Source: Spirochaetota bacterium (lineage in GTDB: Bacteria; Spirochaetota; UBA6919; CBDBPB01). From it: 64,000 nt of DNA. The stretch lies in contig CBDBPB010000001.1 of the NCBI GenBank assembly GCA_965208615.1, forward strand, positions 288,001 to 352,000, read 5' to 3'. The notes beneath the pieces are model-generated. The model did not search any database and was not told where the DNA came from. It worked only from the letters and a program-made list of their open reading frames with translations. Numbering within the stretch: position 1 is the stretch's first letter; each line of letters opens with the position of its first letter. Below, piece by piece: positions 39,481-47,840 of the stretch. The position numbers and the translations under genes are program-made.

Positions 39481-42371
39481 CTATTCCCCCTTATAAACTC
39501 GTATCTAAGTACCTTTGGCACCTTATCCATATTGGGTAAAGCCTTAAGAGGTTTAAACTCAGGCCATGGCTTTTTCTCATTAGCCTTACTAATACGCACC
39601 CTTAAATCAAACCAAGCCGCCTGACCACTAATCGGATCACTGTTGGATATTATAGTCCCATCATCTAAAGTAAGCTCCTCTTTGATAAGGTGATTCAATA
39701 AAAAACCATAACTAGCCTCTTTTGCCTTAGGATCAAGATTCCATGCACCAGGTATTTTAGCAATTGCATTCCACGTCCAAACAGTATCGGGCTGAACAGC
39801 CTCTGACAGCTTAACCTGTACCCTAATCTTACTAAGAGGAGATTCAACCCAAACCCAGTCCATATCCTTAATTCCAAGCTCAATAGCCTTAGCACTGTTC
39901 ATATATAAATAATTCTGACCAATAATCTGCCTAAGCCAAGCATTCTGACTATCCCATGAATGATACATAGGCATAGGCCTTTGGGTTATAGCATGAATGT
40001 TATATTTATCCTTGTCAATAAGCTCATGCTCAATAGGCTCATACCAAAATGGTAGTGGATCAAAATACTTAATAATCCTCTCTCTATGCCTATCACTAAC
40101 AGGCTGACGACCACTCCTATGCCCTTTAGCCGATAACCTAAACCTTTGTAGTGCCTCAGAATAAAGATTCATAACAATAGGCTCATTCATCCGTATAAGC
40201 TTAGCTTTTTGTGCCCAGTTTAAATATCCCTGATTAATATTACGATTGTATTTAATGTTGTCCTCAAGCTCAATCTGAAAGAATGACTTATTATTAAAAT
40301 ATGCCTCCCACTGATTTGGATTAGGCTCACCAATCATATGACTATTACCGTCTTTACCCCTCCATCCAGCTAAAAACCCTATACCAGCACCCTTAGCAGG
40401 CTCCCAATTGGCAATGAACTCCTTATAGGTTTTAAACAAAGGCTTTTTATCCGAATCACAAAAGCCCTCTAAGCCAAGAGAATTAGCAAGATCAATAAGA
40501 GTTTGTTGAAAAGGCCTACATTCACCCTTAGGCTCAAGGATAGGGCGTCTTATAGCATCAGCAGGACACTCATAATCACTAATAGGCCTATCCAACATGG
40601 ATATAACATCCAGCCTCTCAAGATAAGTTGTGTCAGGTAAAACTAAATCAGCAAAAGCAACTTGCTCACTATAAAAAGCATCACTCACAACCAAAAACGG
40701 TATCTTATATGTACCATCCTCATTCTTAGCCTTTAACATCTCAATAGTACCCATAGTATTCATAGACGAGTTCCACGCCATGTTAGCCATAAACAAAATT
40801 AACGTATCAATGGTATAAGGATCACCCCTATAGGCGTTGGATATAACATTCTGAAGCATCCCATGGGCTGTTAGTGGAAAGTCCCAGCTAAAAGCCTTAT
40901 CAAGCCTAAGAGGTTCACCATTATCATCAACCATTAAGTGTTCAGGCATAGATGGAAAGCCCAATACAGGTGATGGTAATGGTGTGTTAGGCTTAATCTG
41001 ATCAGCCGAGTTAATAGGCTTAGGACAAGGAGGAGCAGGCTTTGGGAAAGGCGGCTTAAACCTAAACCCACCAGGACGATCTATAATACCCAAAAGCATC
41101 ATAAATATAGATAGTGCCCTAATAGTCTGAAAACCATTGGAATGTGCAGCTAATCCCCTCATGCCATGAACAGATACAGGATTACCAGTGGTGGTCTCAT
41201 GTTCATTATCCCAAGCATCAGTCCACGGTATTGGCAATGTTATAGTCTCATTTTTTGCTATAATCCCTATCTCAAGAGCGATTCTCTCTATAGTATCAGC
41301 TGGTACACCACAAATAGCCTCTGCCTTCTCTGGAGTATACTCCTCCATGACCCTCTCACTCAGTAATTGCATACCAGTCTTTACTGTTTTACCGTCAGAA
41401 GTCTTAAAAGTACCCATAAGAGCTGGATTAATACCCTCAGTATATGGCTCCTCAACCTCATCAGTGTTTAAGTCCCACACTGAATGTAGACTATCATCCC
41501 TACCACCCCACTCAGGATGTATATATGATAGACCCTCACCTTCATCGCCCTCATCAGTCTGGATTAAGTATGAGGCATTAGTATGGGTCAATAAAAAGTC
41601 ATTGTCATATAAGCCATTCTTTAAAAGTACGTGGATCATAGCCATAATAAACATCCCATCAGTACCAGGCTTAATAGGTACCCACTCATCAGCAATTGCC
41701 CCATATCCAGATCGAACAGGGTTTATAACAACTAACTTACCACCACGCTCCCTTATCTTGGATAGGCCAAGCTTAAGAGGATTAGAGTCATGATCCTCAG
41801 CCACGCCAAATAATAACATATATTTAGTACGTTCATAATCAGCACCACCAAACTCCCAGCTAGTACCCCCTATAGAGTATATCATCCCAGTTGCCATATT
41901 AACAGAACAAAACCCACCATGTGCCGCAAAGTTAGGGGTACCAAATTGCTTTGCCCAGTAAGACGTTAAAGCCTGCATCTGATCCCTACCCGTAAAGAAT
42001 GCTAACTTCTTTGGATCAGTCTCTCTAATGTTTTTAAGACGCTTTGTAAGAATATCCATAGCCTCATCCCAGGATATCTCATTAAACTCACTCTCCCCTC
42101 TTTCTGCATTCTCTTTTCTTAAAAGAGGCTTACTTAGCCTAGCAGGGCTAAACTGCTTCATAATCCCTGATGAACCCTTTGCACATATCACTCCCTGATT
42201 AGTAGGATGATCAGGATTACCCTGTATATATACGATTTTATTATCCCTTAAATTAACCTTTATCCCGCACCTACAAGCACACATATAACAAGTTGTATAC
42301 TTAATATCCTCGTTGGACAAAAGAGTATGGCCATCCTTCTCCCGCCTTATGTTATCCATAAATCTCTCCAT
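39477..42371 (-). CDS. soeA: Sulfite:quinone oxidoreductase molybdopterin subunit
   Basis: YTTCYMCACRCGI, FFTGRDQMQALT, AHGGFCSVNMA, MANMAWNSSMN, TQRPM.MYHSWDSQNAWLRQI; no Tat signal. Confidence 0.92.
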   Translation of the reverse strand: MERFMDNIRREKDGHTLLSNEDIKYTTCYMCACRCGIKVNLRDNKIVYIQGNPDHPTNQGVICAKGSSGIMKQFSPARLSKPLLRKENAERGESEFNEISWDEAMDILTKRLKNIRETDPKKLAFFTGRDQMQALTSYWAKQFGTPNFAAHGGFCSVNMATGMIYSIGGTSWEFGGADYERTKYMLLFGVAEDHDSNPLKLGLSKIRERGGKLVVINPVRSGYGAIADEWVPIKPGTDGMFIMAMIHVLLKNGLYDNDFLLTHTNASYLIQTDEGDEGEGLSYIHPEWGGRDDSLHSVWDLNTDEVEEPYTEGINPALMGTFKTSDGKTVKTGMQLLSERVMEEYTPEKAEAICGVPADTIERIALEIGIIAKNETITLPIPWTDAWDNEHETTTGNPVSVHGMRGLAAHSNGFQTIRALSIFMMLLGIIDRPGGFRFKPPFPKPAPPCPKPINSADQIKPNTPLPSPVLGFPSMPEHLMVDDNGEPLRLDKAFSWDFPLTAHGMLQNVISNAYRGDPYTIDTLILFMANMAWNSSMNTMGTIEMLKAKNEDGTYKIPFLVVSDAFYSEQVAFADLVLPDTTYLERLDVISMLDRPISDYECPADAIRRPILEPKGECRPFQQTLIDLANSLGLEGFCDSDKKPLFKTYKEFIANWEPAKGAGIGFLAGWRGKDGNSHMIGEPNPNQWEAYFNNKSFFQIELEDNIKYNRNINQGYLNWAQKAKLIRMNEPIVMNLYSEALQRFRLSAKGHRSGRQPVSDRHRERIIKYFDPLPFWYEPIEHELIDKDKYNIHAITQRPMPMYHSWDSQNAWLRQIIGQNYLYMNSAKAIELGIKDMDWVWVESPLSKIRVQVKLSEAVQPDTVWTWNAIAKIPGAWNLDPKAKEASYGFLLNHLIKEELTLDDGTIISNSDPISGQAAWFDLRVRISKANEKKPWPEFKPLKALPNMDKVPKVLRYEFIRGNR

Positions 42372-42430
42372 AAATAAATGAGTCTATAAACCGAACTATT
42401 ATTGAAAGTAAAAATCTAATGAATTAAAAC

Positions 42431-42451
42431 ACCCCTCTCATAAAGAGGGGT
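42431..42451 (-). terminator. Terminator-like hairpin in the soeA leader
   Basis: Perfect 8-bp stem ACCCCTCT-N5-AGAGGGGT, followed on the minus strand by GTTTTAATT, 60 bp upstream of the soeA ATG. Confidence 0.5.
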
Positions 42452-42505
42452 AAGAGGAGATATTCATTTGCTTTTATAGCAAATATTGAAAAAAACAATA
42501 TATAT

Positions 42506-42539
42506 TTAAATTACTATCCGTCTTAAATTACTATCCGTC
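42506..42539. repeat. Exact 17-bp tandem duplication TTAAATTACTATCCGTC
   Basis: Units at 42506-42522 and 42523-42539. Confidence 0.9.
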
Positions 42540-42844
42540 ATTAATAGTATAACAAAATGATATTATACTTGGTTCCATAAATTTATATAGGAACAAAAAA
42601 CTATGAGTTTAGTTTGTTTTTTAGGAGAATAGTAAAATAATACCTCAAAGGAATGCTATTATCTTGACGTTATATGTTTTCCCTAAAATAATAAGTAAAT
42701 TATTAAGCCAATACCCCCTCTAAACTAATTAAATTATCATAAAATATCTCTTTATTATATCTGATAGAAGGCTTGCTAACAAAGCATTAAACAGTAATTA
42801 GTAACACTATAATAAATATAAACCTATGGTTTTTTTGGAAAAAG

Positions 42845-42873
42845 TTGACTGTTTTAAAAATAGTACTTATATT
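42845..42873 (+). promoter_or_regulatory. sigma70-type promoter for acpP
   Basis: TTGACT-N17-TATATT. Confidence 0.55.
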
Positions 42874-42958
42874 ATAGCAAAAATTATTTAGAATATGCTC
42901 TAATATAAATATATTACAACCAGTTAAACCAAATTAATTACTAAACCGGAGGCTATAA

Positions 42959-43192
42959 ATGAATCATTTTGATAAAGTAAAAGAAATTATTGTTGATCAA
43001 CTAGGCGTTGAAGAATCTGAAGTAACTCTAGAAGCATCTTTTATAGACGATCTTGGAGCCGATTCACTAGATACTGTAGAGTTAGTTATGGCTTTTGAAG
43101 AAGAATTCAAAATAGAAATACCTGATGAAATAGCTGAAAAAATCCTTACTGTAAAAAATGCTGTCGACTTTATACAGAAAAGCGCTAAGTAA
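42959..43192 (+). CDS. acpP: Acyl carrier protein
   Basis: [20 protein letters not shown]; GGAGG RBS. Confidence 0.98.
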   Translation: MNHFDKVKEIIVDQLGVEESEVTLEASFIDDLGADSLDTVELVMAFEEEFKIEIPDEIAEKILTVKNAVDFIQKSAK

Positions 43193-44113
43193 CTAGTTAT
43201 ATATATAATTTTTTAAATTTTGACATGTTGTCCTTAGCTTTTTAAGAGTTTTAAGCTCTACTTGCCTAACCGTTTCTGGAGATATACCAAAAAAATTGCC
43301 TATTTCTTTTAAAGTATATTTTTCACTATGGTCTATACCAAAACGATGGATAAGTATAGCTTTCTCTTTAGGAAGAAGACTATTTAATGCTTTTTTAGTA
43401 TCATCTTCAGCATTTTTGTTAATAAGTGTTTCATAAGGATTATAATTATTGTCTGTCACAAAGTTTTCAAAAGAAGCTGACTGATCAGAATTAATGGTAT
43501 CCTCAAAATAGACTACCACCGTGTCAGAAAGTTTTATTTTGTTTATTTGTTTAGTATTAACACCGAGCTTTTTAGACAGTTCTTTGTTAGTCGGATAACG
43601 ATTATATTTGTCCATGTACTCATCTATGACTCCATGGATTACCTTTAATTCCTTTTCCTTACGATAAGGTATAGGAATTATCTTTTTTTTCTTAGCTAAA
43701 GCTCTAATAATAGTTTGCTTTATCCAGCTTGAAGCATAAGTAGAAAATCTAACATTCTTTCTATAATCATACTTTTCAGCGGCTCTAATAAGACCAATAT
43801 TCCCATCCTGAACAATATCTATTAGCTGATACTCTTTTGAGGTAAATAACTTAGCTATTTTTATAACTAATCTAAGGTTAGAGTTAACTAACAAGTCTAA
43901 AGCTTCTTTATCCCCATTTTGTATTTTTTTAGAAAGGCTTTTTTCTTCCTCAAAGGTCAAAAGTTTATATTGAGAAACATCCTTTAAGTAGTTTTTAATA
44001 GAATCATGATAACCTTCATTATCTAATTTAACCTTGCAAAGCCTTTTATGTTTTTTATTATCTATAAGGTCTTTCTTACCACACTTTTTATTTACCATGC
44101 TTGACTTTGGCAT
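43193..44113 (-). CDS. RNA polymerase sigma factor, RpoD/RpoS family lacking region 1.1 (RpoS-like)
   Basis: YLKDV....LLT.EEE, NLRLVIKIAK, D.VQDGNIGLIRAAEKYD, FSTYA..WIKQ, TLKEIG....S.ETVRQ.E. Confidence 0.9.
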   Translation of the reverse strand: MPKSSMVNKKCGKKDLIDNKKHKRLCKVKLDNEGYHDSIKNYLKDVSQYKLLTFEEEKSLSKKIQNGDKEALDLLVNSNLRLVIKIAKLFTSKEYQLIDIVQDGNIGLIRAAEKYDYRKNVRFSTYASSWIKQTIIRALAKKKKIIPIPYRKEKELKVIHGVIDEYMDKYNRYPTNKELSKKLGVNTKQINKIKLSDTVVVYFEDTINSDQSASFENFVTDNNYNPYETLINKNAEDDTKKALNSLLPKEKAILIHRFGIDHSEKYTLKEIGNFFGISPETVRQVELKTLKKLRTTCQNLKNYIYN

Positions 44114-44157
44114 ATCAAACTCCTTATAATTACTTTTCTATATACACATACTTAAGA

Positions 44158-44174
44158 AGCAAATACTATACCAA
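44158..44174 (-). promoter_or_regulatory. sigma54 (-24/-12) promoter
   Basis: Minus strand TTGGTATAGTATTTGCT = GG-N10-GC with TTGC, about 45 bp upstream of the sigma factor ATG. Confidence 0.72.
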
Positions 44175-44847
44175 CTTGAAATATTTATTTTAAAATTATA
44201 ATATGACATTTCGCTAACATAGATGTTCTTTTATTAAAAAGGGTTTAAAAAAACCTTAACAAATACAGTAGTTATAGCTGTCTATTTTTATAAACACCTT
44301 ACATATAAGGTCAATATATAGTAAGTTTAATAATTTAGTCTATACATTTGTGGAATAGTAAATGATCAATATAGGAAGAGGATATACAGTTATACAACAA
44401 CCATTTAAGGTCATAGTAAAATAATATGTTTAAGGAAATAAGTTTTCTTCAATATTTATTTTTCTTGTTCCAAAAATAAATGTAAAATATATCTATTTTA
44501 ACTTTATATGCTGGTTAATTGGGATATAATATAATTATAAGATTAAAAATATTAAAACCTTTTAAGCTATATCATTACATTAAGCTATGCATATCTTATT
44601 ATTATACAACTAGTTAGTAATAACCATAATCTAGTTTTTATGGCAAAGCTATCCCTCGCCATTAGAAAATAGTTAGTTCTAATGGAAATTATATTAGTAT
44701 TTTGGTGTATTATATTTAACACACTAAGTGTGATTAATATGACATAGGAAAATATTAATACTTATAAATAAAAGCATTCAAAGCAACTAACCTATTCTTA
44801 TTAAGCTGTCCTATAAAAAGCACATTAACAATATGTTAGGCATGTTA

Positions 44848-45855
44848 TTATAGTAAGCCATGAGAATTAGATGCCCACTTAAATGAATAGTTTTCGCTAT
44901 AAATGTCAGGCAAATCAAGTTGTATACGAAATTCTAATTCATAGTGATTATGAGTATCAAGAGTATATCTTCTGTTTGACACAGGCTTTAGCGAATATAT
45001 TTGCTCTTTATAGTCATAGGGTAATGTAGAACAGATATTATATAGTTCACGGTATATTGCATCCTGGGGTGACTCATTGGATAAAATATGAATATTTGGA
45101 ACACTCCACTTTGTGGACGAAAAAGGCGATTTTCTTTGATATAAAAGAATCTCATCTTTAAGATTTTTAATAAATAATGAAATACTATTATGAATTATAG
45201 AGCTTTCTGGTCTCATAAACTTATCTGCTAAACTCATTTCATAAGACATTATTATAGCAAGGTTTTTAACCGCCTCATCCAAATCATCATTTATAATCAA
45301 ATACTTAAAGTGATGCCTATATGAATATTCAAATTCTATTCTTCTAAGTCGTGCCTCGATCTCATTATTACTTACATTAGCATCACGCTTTTTCATTCTA
45401 TTAATAAGCTCATTCCTACTAGGAACATCAACAAAAATGCAAACACTAGAAGAAGGAAAACACTCTATAACCTCCATTGCACCAAGAACTTCAATATCAG
45501 TTATTAAGTTTTCCCCTTTGTTTAAGGCATCAGTAATCTCTTTTCTTCCAATACCATAATAATTACTTCCGTGAACGAACTTCCATTCAATTAACTCTCC
45601 ACTATAAATCTTACGTTCAAATTCATCCCTACTAATAAAAAAATAAGGATTACCATTACTTTCATCCTTTCGCATTGATCGTGTTGTATAACTAGGAATA
45701 AATTTAATAGGTAGTTTATTTTTTCTAAAAAAAAACTTATAGTTAATAGAAGAGTTAACCAAAAAAGGATAGTCAATAACCTTTGAAATTAATGAAGTCT
45801 TACCCACTCCAGTAGGACCTATTAACAAAAACAATCTTCCATTCATTAGGTTCAT
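44848..45855 (-). CDS. gmk: Guanylate kinase with C-terminal NUDIX-like extension
   Basis: GPTGVGKT, SYTTR..R..E.NG..YFF, IEW..VHG.NYYG, DIEV.G, IINDDL..A; about 125 extra C-terminal aa. Confidence 0.88.
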   Translation of the reverse strand: MNLMNGRLFLLIGPTGVGKTSLISKVIDYPFLVNSSINYKFFFRKNKLPIKFIPSYTTRSMRKDESNGNPYFFISRDEFERKIYSGELIEWKFVHGSNYYGIGRKEITDALNKGENLITDIEVLGAMEVIECFPSSSVCIFVDVPSRNELINRMKKRDANVSNNEIEARLRRIEFEYSYRHHFKYLIINDDLDEAVKNLAIIMSYEMSLADKFMRPESSIIHNSISLFIKNLKDEILLYQRKSPFSSTKWSVPNIHILSNESPQDAIYRELYNICSTLPYDYKEQIYSLKPVSNRRYTLDTHNHYELEFRIQLDLPDIYSENYSFKWASNSHGLL

Positions 45856-46015
45856 CCTATATAAGCACAGTTAATTTATATATACAAATGGATTTATAGT
45901 ATTTATAGTTAATATATATAGCTTTACTCTATTTAGCTAATTTTAGTATTATGGAATATAAGTAGTAAAAGCGAACGAACAACCATATAAAAAAGATAAG
46001 TATTAAAATACGATT

Positions 46016-46201
46016 TTACTTTTTAGGTTTTTTATTTTTACGTTTTTTATTTTTTTTTTCATCAAACTTTTCATCCATTTTTTCCCAGTCACTCCCATAA
46101 ACAGAATCCTTACCTTTAGAGTTAGGTTTTTTTTTAGAGTCACCCGAAAAAACAAACTGCGTACTAAAACATAGTACCAAACTTATAATCAATATTTTCA
46201 T
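46016..46201 (-). CDS. Small secreted Lys-rich hypothetical protein
   Basis: Signal-peptide-like MKILIISLVLCFS...; 61 aa. Confidence 0.5.
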   Translation of the reverse strand: MKILIISLVLCFSTQFVFSGDSKKKPNSKGKDSVYGSDWEKMDEKFDEKKNKKRKNKKPKK

Positions 46202-46269
46202 AATAGTACCAACTATATAACCCTATTATAACAATACTTTAAAATCTCAATTTTTAGTATAGCTTATTA

Positions 46270-46908
46270 TTAATCAACATCATATATGTTATTATATTTA
46301 ATTTTATACCTCGACACAAGTTGATTAAGCTTAAACATAAGTGCTTTTTTTAATTCATTAGTTTCTGCTTCTTTTTTTGCAAAGTCTATTTTCTTTTTAT
46401 AAGTCCAGTTTTTAGTTTCTTTTTTAGAGTTTAACTGTTCATATAATCTTTCTATGACTTTATCACTAGGTTTTTTAGCTTCTTTTTTTACAACTTTTTC
46501 TATATATACTTTTTTAATCAACATTTTTTTTATAATATTGGATAGGATTCTTGCTTTTTCACTATATTGTTTTTCATTAAAAATATTTTTTCTAGTGGCA
46601 TCCTCTATAATCAAGAATTCATCAACAAGACCTTCAAAATATTGTTTTTTTCTTTCATTACTATTTTTAAGTTCATTTATTTTTTTTTGATTTAAATATG
46701 GATTTAACAAACTCTGTAACTCAATAGAGGCAAGATATTCTTTTTTAAATTGATTATCGGTTAGTTTAACTTCTCCATTTATTTTAATCAACCACTTACT
46801 ACCGGCATATAAACCAAAAACAAAGATCAAAACATTTGTTAATAATACTATAGCCACCATCCATACTGATTTAATATTTTTTTTAGTCATAACTTTATCC
46901 TTTACCAT
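46270..46908 (-). CDS. SurA-N/PrsA-like helical chaperone without PPIase domain
   Basis: N-terminal TM; W.IKING, L.DE.LI..DA, Y....V......PSD..I..LY pattern. Confidence 0.5.
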   Translation of the reverse strand: MVKDKVMTKKNIKSVWMVAIVLLTNVLIFVFGLYAGSKWLIKINGEVKLTDNQFKKEYLASIELQSLLNPYLNQKKINELKNSNERKKQYFEGLVDEFLIIEDATRKNIFNEKQYSEKARILSNIIKKMLIKKVYIEKVVKKEAKKPSDKVIERLYEQLNSKKETKNWTYKKKIDFAKKEAETNELKKALMFKLNQLVSRYKIKYNNIYDVD

Positions 46909-47528
46909 CTATTTATTATAGGTTCATTTCGAATAACTGAAGACTCTCCTCTTAGTTTTTTATAATACCTTTCCAGTCTACTTCTTAATTTTTTAGCCTT
47001 CAATTGTTTTTTAATATATTCCTTTGCTAATTTTGGTGAAACATTCTTTAGTTCAGGTTTATTCTTATTTGCTCTATACTCTTTATTTACCTCTCTATTA
47101 CTAACCTTTACCTTGGGATAAAAGTAGTCCCGCACAAAGTTACTAATAATAAGCTGTTTTTTAAGGTAAGAAGTTATACTTTTTAGCAATTTATCTATTT
47201 TTTGTTCATTATAATAGAATTTCTTTTGTTTAGCCAGTTCTTTAATATTGCTTAATAGTAATTGTTGATTTTCAAAGTCGATAAGAAACAGTTTTTTTGA
47301 TTCTTTATTTTTTAATATTTTTTTAATATCCTTTTTAGATATAGGTATAGGAGAGCTCATTGCTCTAAACTGTGTAATTGCATTATAAGAATTATAAAAC
47401 TTTTTTAGTGAAACAGTTTTATCATCTATTTTTGTTATCCATGTATCCTTTGCTATTAAAAAGCTTATAAAGATTAGGTTTAATCCTAATAATATAACTA
47501 TAATTCTTTTCTTCATCAAATCCCCCAA
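46902..47528 (-). CDS. SurA-N/PrsA-like helical chaperone without PPIase domain (paralog)
   Basis: Signal peptide; WITKIDD..V, V.VS..EV...Y..NK, AK..IK.QL, Y.KLR..S.V. Confidence 0.55.
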   Translation of the reverse strand: MGDLMKKRIIVILLGLNLIFISFLIAKDTWITKIDDKTVSLKKFYNSYNAITQFRAMSSPIPISKKDIKKILKNKESKKLFLIDFENQQLLLSNIKELAKQKKFYYNEQKIDKLLKSITSYLKKQLIISNFVRDYFYPKVKVSNREVNKEYRANKNKPELKNVSPKLAKEYIKKQLKAKKLRSRLERYYKKLRGESSVIRNEPIINRW

Positions 47529-47774
47529 GATGTTAATTTATATCAATATAATTATATATTTTAACCTCTGCAATAAAAAGTACAAAGTTTTTTTAAAATT
47601 ATATATCAGCAATCGATTAGTTATTTTTAAATACTAGTACTATAGTTTAAAGCCAGGCTTTTTAAAAAATTAATATATTCCATATTATAACCTAATATAA
47701 AATTATTAATTAAGGTTTTTTTTTACTAATGCTTTTTAACTTTAAGTCGAAACATATTTTGTAGCGTTCCTTAT

Positions 47775-47820
47775 AAAGAGACAGCTCCTCTATCTTGAGA
47801 TGGTGGTTGTCTCTTTTTTT
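47775..47820 (+). terminator. Long hairpin with T-tail oriented on the + strand
   Basis: AAAGAGACAGC...GTTGTCTCTTTTTTT with inner CTATCT/AGATGG stem; G-U pairs work only on +. Confidence 0.6.
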
Positions 47821-47840
47821 AACTCTATATAAAAACCAGT

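Noticed and set aside
37726-42371. DMSO reductase dmsABC
   Set aside because: No Tat signal, and SoeA-type motifs (GRDQMQ, AHGGFCSVNMA) are present
44600-44665. Fluoride-riboswitch-like GGCGA...TTGCCATAAAAAC hairpin on the minus strand
   Set aside because: Lacks the conserved GAUG and downstream pseudoknot elements; no fluoride-related gene follows
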